Positions 1 to 9,724 of a DNA stretch of 64,000 nt are shown here, piece by piece; position 1 is the first letter of the stretch; each line of letters opens with the position of its first letter. The position numbers were made by a program, and so were the translations under genes. The stretch is taken from contig CAVWHO010000022.1 in the NCBI GenBank assembly GCA_963754875.1, forward strand, positions 152,985 to 216,984, read 5' to 3'. The stretch is from Nitrospirota bacterium. GTDB taxonomy: Bacteria; Nitrospirota; UBA9217. The notes below the pieces were generated by a model, which had not been told where the DNA came from, made no database searches, and saw only the letters and a program-made list of their open reading frames with translations.

Positions 1-192
1 ATGGCCATTGCTGCGGGCCTGCCATTTCTTAAACAGGGGGGCCTCATGGTCCTGAGTCGGGGGCCCGAGGAGAATATCGATAGGCAGCAGCTGGCAAAGT
101 ACGGGATCGAACAGGAGAAAAGGATCGATCTCATGCTCCCGTTTTCGGATTATAAGAGGGCGATCTGGATATTGAAACGTGCAATATTATGA
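1..192 (+). CDS. rsmG: 16S rRNA m7G527 methyltransferase RsmG/GidB, 3' end only (truncated by window)
   Basis: C-terminal pattern 'LKQGGLMVLSRG...LPFSDYKRAIWILKR' resembles RsmG C-termini; lies upstream of parAB near oriC. Confidence 0.65.
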   Translation: MAIAAGLPFLKQGGLMVLSRGPEENIDRQQLAKYGIEQEKRIDLMLPFSDYKRAIWILKRAIL

Positions 193-208
193 TGTTCCAC
201 GTGGAACA
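193..208. promoter_or_regulatory. parS: parS centromere site 1
   Basis: Perfect palindrome TGTTCCACGTGGAACA (extends to 191-210) matching the bacterial parS consensus, upstream of parAB. Confidence 0.95.
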
Positions 209-340
209 TCGGGTTGGGGATTTGAAAATATCATATGTCTCCAGGGGGATACTAAGTCACCGAGAAAACCACTGATGCGGTTTTTTTCAGCTGGTTTTGC
301 ATCTATTTACACTTTAAGGTAAGAGAACTAATAATTAATT

Positions 341-1408
341 ATGTTAGAACAGGCACTTAAGATACCGATCGAGTGGCGGGAACTGGCGGAAGAGATCTAT
401 GACCAGCAGGGACCGGTTCTCGTGTTGGGAGCTCAGGGATCAGGAAAGACCACGTTCTGTCTCTATTTTACCGGTCTCCTTTGCCGCCGCAACAAGCGGG
501 TCGCATGGATCGACGTCGATCCTGGCCAGCCATTCATAGGGCCACCAAGTACCATCTCGCTCACGCTATATGCTGAAGCATCCGACCTCCTCAGGCGAAA
601 GAACCCCATGATCATGAGCTTTATCGGGAATACATCGCCGGTTGGCCGCTTGCTCGAAATGATCTCTGGACTTCAAAAGCTGATAGCTCAGGCACAAGCA
701 CAAAAACCCGACCTGATCCTTATCAATACCTGCGGTCTTGTGAACGGCGGGGCAGCACGTGAACTTAAGTACCATGAGATCGATATGATCTCGCCCCAGC
801 ACGTCATTGCACTGCAGCAGGGTACCGAGGTCGAACATCTTCTTGCGCCCCATTCCCATCGTGCCGGTTTATTGATCCACCGCATCCCCTTATCTCCCGA
901 TGCCCGGGTCTCGACTGCTGAGGCGAGGCGCTCATTCCGCGAGCAACGGTTCAAGGAGTATTTCCGCGGCGCGGATTTCCAGGAAATCGCTCTCCATGAC
1001 GTGGGTGTGCACGGACCCGGCCTGGGAACCGGAGAACGGCTCGGATTTCGGGATGTTAACAAGCTTTCTAAGATTCTCCAGGCAATAGTGGTCCATGCCG
1101 AGCTTTCTGCTGACCGCATCTTTGTCATCGTAGAAGGAGAGTATGCAGAATCCGAACTCTTTACTGCTAAAGAGCAGTATGGTGTACGCGAAGTCATGGT
1201 TCTGAAACGGTCTGAACTGGACCACCTGATCGTCGGGCTTAATGACGACCAGAACCTTTGCCTTGGTCTCGGGATCCTCCGCACCATTGACCTTAAGGAA
1301 CTGACCCTCAGGGTGATTACTCCCTTAAAAGATGTTTCGGCTGTCCGTCATTTATCTCTCGGTTCCCTCCGGGTAAGCCCGGCAGGCGGGGAGCTTGGAC
1401 AAGTTTAG
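341..1408 (+). CDS. Clp1/Grc3(Nol9)-family polynucleotide 5'-hydroxyl kinase
   Basis: Walker A GAQGSGKTT, Clp1-type 'IDVDPGQPFIGPP', 'INTCGLV', 'RRSFREQRFKEYF' lid, and C-terminal 'LGLGIL...LRVITP' beta domain. Confidence 0.85.
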   Translation: MLEQALKIPIEWRELAEEIYDQQGPVLVLGAQGSGKTTFCLYFTGLLCRRNKRVAWIDVDPGQPFIGPPSTISLTLYAEASDLLRRKNPMIMSFIGNTSPVGRLLEMISGLQKLIAQAQAQKPDLILINTCGLVNGGAARELKYHEIDMISPQHVIALQQGTEVEHLLAPHSHRAGLLIHRIPLSPDARVSTAEARRSFREQRFKEYFRGADFQEIALHDVGVHGPGLGTGERLGFRDVNKLSKILQAIVVHAELSADRIFVIVEGEYAESELFTAKEQYGVREVMVLKRSELDHLIVGLNDDQNLCLGLGILRTIDLKELTLRVITPLKDVSAVRHLSLGSLRVSPAGGELGQV

Positions 1409-1412
1409 TTCA

Positions 1413-1428
1413 CGTTCCACGTGGAACA
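1413..1428. promoter_or_regulatory. parS: parS centromere site 2
   Basis: CGTTCCACGTGGAACA, one mismatch from site 1, within a longer imperfect palindrome (1408-1433). Confidence 0.9.
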
Positions 1429-1571
1429 TGAACCTGGGATCGGGATGCCGCATATCGGAGCGGTGACCGAGGTTCCTCGGCCATTAACCATGTTTTCCCT
1501 TCCTTTTATTATTACCTTATGGTAAAGTATTCCGGTTCTCAACCGGCAGCGTCGGAGGGCGGAAAGAAATA

Positions 1572-2348
1572 ATGGGCAGGGTCATTGCAATCGCTAACCA
1601 AAAGGGCGGGGTGGGTAAAACCACGACAACCGTGAACATTGCCGCCTCGCTTGCCGCAGCGGAAAAGAAGGTGCTTCTTATCGACTCCGACCCCCAGGGC
1701 AACTCAACCAGCGGCATGGGTATTGACCGGAATGATATCAATGGAAGCACCTATGATCTGTTTACCGGGAAGAAATCGCTCAAGGACATAAAAAAATCGA
1801 CCCATTTCCCCTGGCTCGATGTGGTTCCGGCAAAAATCGATCTCGTCGGCGTTGAGGTGGAACTCATCCAGATGATCGCCCGCGAGCGCGTATTGAAAAA
1901 GGCACTCGTAACGGCAAAGGACGATTACGATTACATCTTCATTGACTGCCCGCCGTCGCTCGGCCTCCTTACGGTGAATGCGCTCACTGCAGCCGACGGA
2001 GTAATCATCCCGGTGCAATGCGAGTATTACGCGCTCGAAGGTCTCTCGGCGCTCATGAACACAATTAAACTGATCAAGCAGGACCTGAATCCCGAACTTG
2101 CCATTGAAGGCGTGCTCCTCACCATGTACGACAGCAGGAACAACCTGGCCGACCAGGTCGCACGTGAAGTGCGAAAATATTTCGGAAACAAAGTATACAC
2201 TACCATTATTCACCGGAACGTTGCCCTCTCCGAAGCGCCGAGCCACGGCAAGCCGGTGCTGCTCTATGACATCCGCTCCCGCGGAGCGCAAAGCTACCTG
2301 GAACTTGCGAAGGAGGTCATCAGTAATGCAAAAACAGGCGCTCGGTAA
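1572..2348 (+). CDS. parA: Chromosome partitioning ATPase ParA/Soj
   Basis: [11 protein letters not shown] deviant Walker A, DSDPQGN, DCPPSLG, EAPSHG. Confidence 0.97.
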   Translation: MGRVIAIANQKGGVGKTTTTVNIAASLAAAEKKVLLIDSDPQGNSTSGMGIDRNDINGSTYDLFTGKKSLKDIKKSTHFPWLDVVPAKIDLVGVEVELIQMIARERVLKKALVTAKDDYDYIFIDCPPSLGLLTVNALTAADGVIIPVQCEYYALEGLSALMNTIKLIKQDLNPELAIEGVLLTMYDSRNNLADQVAREVRKYFGNKVYTTIIHRNVALSEAPSHGKPVLLYDIRSRGAQSYLELAKEVISNAKTGAR

Positions 2349-3172
2349 AGGTCTCGGCGCGCTCATTCCCGATTTGTCCGCACTCGATGACAACGAGAAG
2401 AAAGCGCTCGGAATCCTTGAGCTCGCTCTGGACAAGATCGTCCCGAACGAGTATCAGCCGCGCAAGATCTTCAACGATGATAAGCTGCAGGAGCTTGCCG
2501 CTTCGATCAAAGAGCAGGGTGTGATCCAGCCCATCATCGTGCATCGGGCAGGCAGCGGCTTCCAATTGATTGCCGGAGAACGGCGGTGGCGCGCATCGCG
2601 TCTCGCCGGGCTGAAGACCATCCCCGCACTTGTAAAAGAAGCGACCAAGCGCGAGCTCCTCGAAATGGCGCTGATAGAAAACATCCAGCGCGAAGACCTG
2701 AACCCTCTCGAAGCAGCCGAGGCGTACAAGCGGTTGCAGGACGAGTTTAAGCTGACCCAGGAAGATCTTGCCAAGCGGGTCGGAAAAGAACGCTCGACCG
2801 TCACGAACTTTCTTCGCCTGCTCGGTCTGCCGAAAGAGGTCAAGCATGATCTCGCGACCGGCACCCTGAGTATGGGCCATGCCAAGGCACTATTGTCCCT
2901 CGACCGTGTACGCGACCAGCTCCAGGTATCAGCTTTGATCGTGAAAAAGGGTCTCTCGGTGCGAGAGTCCGAAGGTGCTCGCCTCGCGGCTCAAGAACCC
3001 GCCGAAAGAGAGGAAAGCGCGGCAGCACCAGGAGCTGAAAGCGGTGGAAGAAAAACTCAGGAAAGCGCTCGGCACCAAGGTAAGCATCACGTCAAAATCG
3101 AAGGGCGGCAGGATCGTGATTGAGTACTACTCTCCGGAGGAGTTGGACCGGATCCTAGAGAAAATCGGATAA
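2326..3172 (+). CDS. parB: Chromosome partitioning protein ParB/Spo0J; +1 frameshift at ~2974 (probable sequence error)
   Basis: [32 protein letters not shown]. The C-terminus '[11 protein letters not shown]...GRIVIEYYS' continues in ORF 2975-3172; removing one G of GG at 2974-2975 fuses the frames. Confidence 0.93.
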
Positions 3173-3303
3173 ACAATCAACTCATTCACAATAAATACAC
3201 AAAGGAACGATCTCGATATAAAGATACAGACTCGATGAGTGCTTTGTATCTTGGTGACGTCGTGGTTAAAGCATTTTGAGTTTTTTTCGAGGAGGATGTA
3301 CTC

Positions 3304-3699
3304 ATGTTAAAGAAAGGTTCAGGATCGCCGGAACAGTCTGAGATCACAGCGTTCCTCGGTAAGGGCACAGAGTTCAAGGGTGTGCTCAGTTTCGAAGGCA
3401 CTATCCGCGTTGACGGCAAAGTTGAAGGGGAGGTCGTCTCAAAAGACACTTTGATCGTCGGTGACGGCGCGCTACTGCAGGGCGAGATCACCGTCGGAAC
3501 GCTCATATCGAGCGGCAAGGTCGTTGGTAATATCAACGCGGCCCAGAAAGTGCATGTCATTGCTCCCGCCAGAATCGAGGGCAACATCAAGACGCCCAAG
3601 CTCATCATCGAAGAGGGTGTGACCTTTAACGGAAAGTGCGAAATGCCGGGTGAGGCGAAGGGCCTTGAACAGAAGGTCGTATCGCTGACGGACCGGTAA
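3304..3699 (+). CDS. Bactofilin (polymer-forming cytoskeletal protein)
   Basis: 'FLGKGTEFKGVLSFEGTIRVDGKVEG...IEEGVTFNGKC' beta-helix repeats. Confidence 0.92.
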   Translation: MLKKGSGSPEQSEITAFLGKGTEFKGVLSFEGTIRVDGKVEGEVVSKDTLIVGDGALLQGEITVGTLISSGKVVGNINAAQKVHVIAPARIEGNIKTPKLIIEEGVTFNGKCEMPGEAKGLEQKVVSLTDR

Positions 3700-3871
3700 C
3701 CCTATCGAATATTCATCGAGCTTGAAAAAAACGACACCAGTGTAACGGGAAGGGAAGGGGCAAAAGAAGCACCCGCCCTCTGATTCATTCGCCCTTTCTG
3801 CGCCTTCTCATGTTCTCCCTATCTCCTGTTTTTCGCCGCCGGAATCACAGGAACACACTAACGAGACAACT

Positions 3872-6800
3872 ATGGTCCTCTTTCACCTCTATCGCACGCC
3901 GGCGCTCTCGACCTACCAGGCCGCCGGCCTGCTCGTGACAGCGCAGCAGAAGGTCTCTCCCGTTGTCAGCGCAATCGAGACCGAATTCTGTTTCAATGTC
4001 GCTGCCGACAGCCCCCTGACAAACGACGAGATGCGCTTGCTGCGCTGGCTTCTCGCCGAGACCTTCGAGCCCGGCAATTTCTCGGACAAGACGTTTCTTA
4101 ATCCGCAGTCCGCAATCTCCGATCCGCAATTGACTCTTGAAGTCGGTCCCCGCATGAACTTCACGACGGCATGGTCCACGAACGCGGTCTCGGTTTGCCA
4201 TGCCTGCGGGCTGAAGAAAATTTCGCGGATCGAGCGGTCGCGACGATACCGTCTTTCGCTCGCCGCGAATGCTTCGCTGGCAAAGGACCAGGAGATCGCA
4301 TTCCTCGCTCTAGTTCACGACCGCATGACCGAGTGTCCCTATCCTGAGCCGCTCAGGACCTTCGAAACCGGGATGGCGCCCGAACCGGTGCGTATCGTAC
4401 CCCTTATGGAGCAGGGAAGACCTGCGCTTGAAAAAATCAACCGGGAGATGGGCCTTGGACTTGATGACTGGGACCTTGATTATTACACAAACCTCTTCAT
4501 AAAAGAAATCAAGCGCAACCCGACGAACGTGGAATGCTTCGACCTTTCGCAGTCGAACAGCGAACACTCCCGCCACTGGTTCTTCCGCGGCAAGCTCATC
4601 GTGGACAACAAGGAAGCCCCCGAGACCTTGATGAAGATCGTCAAGGCGACCTACGAAGCGAACCGGAACAACAGCGTCATCGCCTTCAGCGATAATTCGA
4701 GTGCAATAACAGGCTACGATATCACGACCATCATTCCCGAGGTCGTCGGCAAACCTTCGGCGTTCCGCGAAACGAAGCGGAAATATCATATCATCCTTAC
4801 TGCAGAAACGCACAATTTCCCCTCAGGCGTTGCACCCTTCCCCGGTGCCGAGACCGGCACCGGCGGCCGCATCCGCGACGTTCAGGCGACCGGCACCGGC
4901 GGGCTCGTGGTCGCAGGCACTGCGGCCTACTGCGTGGGCAACCTCCGCATCCCCGGATACGCACTCCCGTGGGAGGACGCGTCCTATGCATATCCAAATA
5001 ATCTCGCTTCTCCGCTCCAGATCGAGGTCGAGGCGAGCAACGGCGCCTCGGACTACGGCAACAAGTTCGGCGAGCCGGTCATTCAAGGCTTCACGCGCTC
5101 CTTCGGCCTTCGGCTTCCTGATAATGAACGGCGGGAGTGGCTCAAACCGATCATGTTCTCCGCCGGCATCGGCCAGATGGATTCGCTCCATACCGCGAAG
5201 ACCGCAGCCCAAAAAGGAATGCTCGTGGTCAAGGTCGGCGGCCCGGCCTACCGCATCGGCATGGGCGGCGGCGCTGCTTCTTCCATGATCCAGGGCGAAA
5301 ACATCGCAGAGCTTGACTTTAACGCGGTGCAGCGCGGCGATGCCGAGATGGAGCAGAAGCTGAACCGCGTGATACGCGCCTGCGTCGAGCTCGGGGAGCA
5401 AAACCCGATCCAGAGCATTCACGACCAGGGTGCGGGCGGAAACTGCAATGTCGTCAAAGAAATCGTACACCCTGCGGGCGCAAAGATCGACATTCGACGG
5501 ATCCAGGTCGGGGACAACACGCTCTCGGCCCTCAAGATCTGGGGCGCCGAGTACCAGGAACAGAACGCCCTCCTCTTAAAACCGGAGCATCAAGGCCTGT
5601 TCAGATCGCTGTGCGAGCGCGAGAAGGTGCCCTTGGCCGTGATCGGCACGGTGACCGGCGAAGGTTACATTGTACTCTACGATGAATTCGACAACTCGAC
5701 GCCGGAGAACCTGGAACTCACCAAAGTTCTCGGCGACATGCCGCAAAAGGTTTTCAAGCTTGACCGGAAGAAGACCTCGCTCAAACCGCTCGAGCTTCCG
5801 AAAGACCTCACGGTACGGCAGGCTCTAGACCGCGTGTTGCGTCTTGTCTCGGTGGGGTCCAAGCGCTTTCTCACGAACAAGGTCGACCGGTCCGTAACGG
5901 GCCTCATCGCCCGCCAGCAGTGTGCAGGCCCCTTGCAGCTTACTGTGTCCGATGTTGCTGTGATCGCACAGTCCCACTTCGGCTTGACCGGGGCAGCCTG
6001 CGCCATCGGCGAACAGCCCGTCAAAGAACTGATCGACCCTGCTGCCATGGCCAGGATGAGCGTCGGCGAGGCGCTCACGAACATTGTCTGGGCGCAGGTC
6101 TCCTCTCTCGGCGACATCCGCTGCTCGGCAAACTGGATGTGGGCCCCGAAACTGCCGGGCGAAGGTTCCCGCTTATACGATGCCGCCGTTGCCATGCGCG
6201 ACGTCATGATCGAGTTCGGCATGGCAGTTGACGGGGGCAAGGACAGCCTGTCCATGGCCGCCAAAGTTACGAACGCCGACGGAACGAGTGAAACCGTGAA
6301 GTCTCCGGGAACGCTTGTCATCTCCGCCTACGTCACCTGCCCGGACATCACCAAGACGGTGACGCCGGACCTCAAGGCACCGGGCAAGAGCAAGCTTCTC
6401 TCCATCGACCTCGGCTCCGGACAAAATCGGCTCGGCGGCTCGGCGCTCGCACAGGTCTTCGGCCAGGTGGGAGATACATCCCCTGACCTTGATGATCCCC
6501 AGCTCCTGACGAGAACGTTTACCGCCATGCAGAACCTTGTCGCAGACAGGCTCATTCTTGCCGGCCATGACCGTTCCGATGGGGGCCTCGTAACGACGCT
6601 GCTCGAAATGGCCTTCGCCGGAAACTGCGGCATCGAGATCGACCTCGGAAAACAGAACGACGCTCTGGCCGCGCTCTTCTCCGAGGAGCTCGGGCTTGTG
6701 ATCGAATATCTCCCGGCTGAAGAAGCAACGATCTTCTCCGTACTCGATAAAGCCGCGGTCCCGTTCCGGGTGATCGGCAGGACAACGCTTGAGAAGCGAA

Positions 6801-7873
6801 TAGTCTGTTCACTCAAAACTCAGAACGCAGAACTCAAAACCGTCTTGGACGAAGACATGCTCGTGCTCCGCGACATCTGGGAAGAAACGAGCCACCACCT
6901 CGATCTCCTGCAGCGGAACCCGGAAAATATCCGCGAAGAACGAAAAAATATCTATGACCGCAAAGGTCCGTCCTTTGTCATTCCCTTTACACCGAAACAG
7001 ACAGAGGAAGACCTGTTCTGCAGGACCACGAAACCCAAAGTCGCGATCATCCGCGAAGAGGGAAGCAACGGCGACCGCGAGATGGCTTCCGCGTTCTTTC
7101 TCGCCGGATTCGAACCCTGGGACGTGACCGTGACCGATTTGCTCGAAGACCGCACCACCCTCGACCACTTCCGCGGCGTGGTCTTTGTCGGCGGGTTCAG
7201 CTATGCCGACGTGCTCGATTCCGCCAAGGGCTGGGCCGCGTCCATCCGGTTCAATAAAAAGGTTTGGAACCAGTTCGAAAAATTTTATCACCGCCCCGAT
7301 ACGTTCAGCCTCGGCGTGTGCAACGGATGCCAGCTCATGGCGCTTCTGGGTTGGGTGCCCTGGCAAGGCATTGCCGACGAACTCCAGCCGCGCTTCATCC
7401 ACAACATGTCAGGCCGATTCGAATCGCGCTTCTCTACCGTGAAGATCCTCAAGAGCCCGTCGATCATGCTTTCGGGCATGGAGAACTCCGTGCTCGGGAT
7501 CTGGGTCGCCCACGGCGAGGGCCTCGCCTACTTCCCCGACAAACACATGTACGACGAATGCGAGTTCGGACTTGCGCCTGTCCGCTTCGTTGATGATGAA
7601 TCAAGAATCACCGAAGCCTATCCTTTCAACCCGAACGGTTCACCGTGCGGCATCGCAGCGCTCTGCTCACCCGACGGACGCCACCTCGCCATGATGCCCC
7701 ATCCCGAGCGCGCCGTGCTCACCTGGCAGTGGGGATGGATGCCCGAGGACCTCAAGACGTCACTCGAAGCCTCTCCCTGGCTCAGGATGTTCCAGAATGC
7801 ACGCGCGTGGTGCGAGAAAAGTGAATTACCCCGCAGCAGAGCTGCGGGGCATCCTAAATGCGCTAGAACCTAA
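3872..7873 (+). CDS. purL: Phosphoribosylformylglycinamidine synthase, large single-chain PurL
   Basis: SNSEHSRH, ETHNFP, HDQGAGG, GGKDSLS, glutaminase GVCNGCQ and MMPHPER; the last ~17 codons derive from the inserted IS. Confidence 0.97.
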   Translation: MVLFHLYRTPALSTYQAAGLLVTAQQKVSPVVSAIETEFCFNVAADSPLTNDEMRLLRWLLAETFEPGNFSDKTFLNPQSAISDPQLTLEVGPRMNFTTAWSTNAVSVCHACGLKKISRIERSRRYRLSLAANASLAKDQEIAFLALVHDRMTECPYPEPLRTFETGMAPEPVRIVPLMEQGRPALEKINREMGLGLDDWDLDYYTNLFIKEIKRNPTNVECFDLSQSNSEHSRHWFFRGKLIVDNKEAPETLMKIVKATYEANRNNSVIAFSDNSSAITGYDITTIIPEVVGKPSAFRETKRKYHIILTAETHNFPSGVAPFPGAETGTGGRIRDVQATGTGGLVVAGTAAYCVGNLRIPGYALPWEDASYAYPNNLASPLQIEVEASNGASDYGNKFGEPVIQGFTRSFGLRLPDNERREWLKPIMFSAGIGQMDSLHTAKTAAQKGMLVVKVGGPAYRIGMGGGAASSMIQGENIAELDFNAVQRGDAEMEQKLNRVIRACVELGEQNPIQSIHDQGAGGNCNVVKEIVHPAGAKIDIRRIQVGDNTLSALKIWGAEYQEQNALLLKPEHQGLFRSLCEREKVPLAVIGTVTGEGYIVLYDEFDNSTPENLELTKVLGDMPQKVFKLDRKKTSLKPLELPKDLTVRQALDRVLRLVSVGSKRFLTNKVDRSVTGLIARQQCAGPLQLTVSDVAVIAQSHFGLTGAACAIGEQPVKELIDPAAMARMSVGEALTNIVWAQVSSLGDIRCSANWMWAPKLPGEGSRLYDAAVAMRDVMIEFGMAVDGGKDSLSMAAKVTNADGTSETVKSPGTLVISAYVTCPDITKTVTPDLKAPGKSKLLSIDLGSGQNRLGGSALAQVFGQVGDTSPDLDDPQLLTRTFTAMQNLVADRLILAGHDRSDGGLVTTLLEMAFAGNCGIEIDLGKQNDALAALFSEELGLVIEYLPAEEATIFSVLDKAAVPFRVIGRTTLEKRIVCSLKTQNAELKTVLDEDMLVLRDIWEETSHHLDLLQRNPENIREERKNIYDRKGPSFVIPFTPKQTEEDLFCRTTKPKVAIIREEGSNGDREMASAFFLAGFEPWDVTVTDLLEDRTTLDHFRGVVFVGGFSYADVLDSAKGWAASIRFNKKVWNQFEKFYHRPDTFSLGVCNGCQLMALLGWVPWQGIADELQPRFIHNMSGRFESRFSTVKILKSPSIMLSGMENSVLGIWVAHGEGLAYFPDKHMYDECEFGLAPVRFVDDESRITEAYPFNPNGSPCGIAALCSPDGRHLAMMPHPERAVLTWQWGWMPEDLKTSLEASPWLRMFQNARAWCEKSELPRSRAAGHPKCART
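4100..4130. repeat. Degenerate heptamer tandem repeat (AATCCGC-type) in frame within purL
   Basis: aatccgc agtccgc aatctcc gatccgc aat, encoding NPQSAISDPQ. Confidence 0.7.
6811..6840. repeat. Degenerate heptamer tandem repeat (ACTCARA-type) in frame within purL
   Basis: actcaaa actcaga acgcaga actcaaa ac, encoding LKTQNAELKT. Confidence 0.65.
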
Positions 7874-8376
7874 AGCCAACTTGCTCATCATGCTGATACC
7901 GAATATACTTTCTTATAACTTCTGCCGTTACTTTGTCGCCAACCGAACGGACAAAGTAGCCGTCATTCCAGAGTTCTCCTCCCCAAAGTTTTTTCTTTAT
8001 CTCGGGGAATTCTCGAAACATCATCTTTGCCGATATGCTTTTGATTATCTGTACTACCCTCGCTGGAGCATACTTCGGTGGCACAACCAAAAACAAATGC
8101 ACATGATCATCCATTGCTTCCATCGTATCTATTTCAAATTCATATCGCTCTGCGATCTCACGAAATATCTCTTTCAGTCTCGTCGTCATTCGATCGCTGA
8201 ACAGCTTCCTTCGATATTTTGGTATCCATACAAAATGGTACTTCAGATCATAGACGCTATGTTTGCTTCTTCTCAATGGGCTCATGGCCCGTATTGTAAC
8301 AGATTCTCATCCTGACTTCGTCAGGATATCCTTTTCATCCCAGCAGCAGAGCTGCTGGGTATTTCAGGATGTTTTT
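7821..8376 (-). mobile_element. IS200/IS605-family element (tnpA only, IS200-like)
   Basis: Y1 transposase plus near-identical subterminal hairpins ccccgcagc-aga-gctgcgggg (7829-7849) and cccagcagc-aga-gctgctggg (8339-8359). On the minus strand it begins after TTAT and ends in TTCAC. Confidence 0.88.
7863..8285 (-). CDS. tnpA: IS200/IS605 Y1 transposase TnpA
   Basis: YHFVWIPKYRR, HUH motif DHVHL, LWNDGYFVRSVG, catalytic Tyr in 'KYIRYQ'. Confidence 0.96.
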   Translation of the reverse strand: MSPLRRSKHSVYDLKYHFVWIPKYRRKLFSDRMTTRLKEIFREIAERYEFEIDTMEAMDDHVHLFLVVPPKYAPARVVQIIKSISAKMMFREFPEIKKKLWGGELWNDGYFVRSVGDKVTAEVIRKYIRYQHDEQVGFRF

Positions 8377-8539
8377 ATAAATAAGCGCTATACCGAGACA
8401 GAGTGCATTTTTCAAGGATGACACACTGTAGGATGCCCTTGGTATCAGTATATTTTGCTGCGAACTTTCCGGCCTTGACATCATAGTGCAATATAGTTAT
8501 AGTTTTTTTAGAAATACTTTACTGTAACGTTGAGGAGGA

Positions 8540-9346
8540 TTGAGTGTGACCTCAGCCCTTGCCGAAACGACCGTCCTCCAGGCATGCCGCACCCTGTTCG
8601 GACTAGAACCCAGCATCTGCAGGGGGTTTCTCGTTACCCTTCAGCCCAGCGGCGCCAAGTCGGCCTATCGAAAAAAAGCAAAAGAAACCCACCCCGACCT
8701 CTTTCATGACCAGGACCGCGCTGTTCAGCAACGGCAAGCAAATCTTTTTCGCGAAATATCAGACGCCTATGAAACGTTGAACAGGTTTCTCAAAGAGCGG
8801 GAAAAAGGCCTGTGGAGTCAGTCAACGTATTCAGCAGCACGGCCGGTGCGGCCTGCTTCGTATCAAGAACGAACCTCTCGTCCGCAGGCAGCTCCAAAAA
8901 AGAACCGGACTGATTTTTACCATGGTCCGATCCCGTTCCACGTTCTCGATATCGGCCGGTATCTCTATTACTCAGGCTTAATTTCCTACTGGTCGCTCAT
9001 CGAGGCGCTGACGTGGCAACGTAAACAGCGCCCTCTCATCGGAAGTGTTGCAATGCAATGGGGTTGGTTGAACGCAGAGACTATCAAGCAAATTGCTACT
9101 TCACACTCCCTCAATAGCAGGTTCGGTGAGCGTGCTATCAGACTGGGGCTACTCACCTCGTTTCAAGTGAATACGATTCTCTACTATCAGCGCACACAGC
9201 AGGAACGCCTGGAAACTTATTTCGTTCAACAACATCTCCTGACCGCCGAACAGGTCGAACTTCAAGCCAGCGGAATGATGAAACACAATGCACTCGTTAT
9301 TGCCCGTCAAAGGGACGAAAGTAGGCGGCTGAACACTTATATGTAG
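8540..9346 (+). CDS. J-domain (DnaJ-like) protein with C-terminal MshEN-like repeats
   Basis: KSAYRKKAKETHPD...FREISDAYETL J-domain; repeats such as RFGERAIRLGLLTSFQVNTILYYQ. Confidence 0.8.
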   Translation: MSVTSALAETTVLQACRTLFGLEPSICRGFLVTLQPSGAKSAYRKKAKETHPDLFHDQDRAVQQRQANLFREISDAYETLNRFLKEREKGLWSQSTYSAARPVRPASYQERTSRPQAAPKKNRTDFYHGPIPFHVLDIGRYLYYSGLISYWSLIEALTWQRKQRPLIGSVAMQWGWLNAETIKQIATSHSLNSRFGERAIRLGLLTSFQVNTILYYQRTQQERLETYFVQQHLLTAEQVELQASGMMKHNALVIARQRDESRRLNTYM

Positions 9347-9724
9347 CCTGCTCTTTGCTCTCGGTCCCGGTTAGCAGCGCTCGTTATACACTAAAAGTAT
9401 TACTTCCATTTGCGACACAAAACTCCCTATTTTGAGCTATAGTTGTATTAAATTGATTCCTGACACAGGCGTTTGCTTCATAAGATGGGTCCCCTGCATT
9501 GTACAACCGGTATTTAACATTTTTCTCAAAACGGTAGTGACTGTAAAGTCGTAGGCTCTGTTGATAATACAGCGAACTCTGAAGATAAAAACTTCTCGTC
9601 GTAACTTTCAGAGCGATTTCCTCCTGAAACAGAGGAGTTTCCATTCTCATTTACAGTCAACGGTTCAAGTGGAGTGTTTTACCTTGCGACATTTAGGTAG
9701 GCTTGATTAAAAGTGGGGGAAACA

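Noticed and set aside
7821..8376. TnpB/IscB RNA-guided nuclease in the IS200/IS605 element
   Set aside because: The element is only 556 bp and holds tnpA alone
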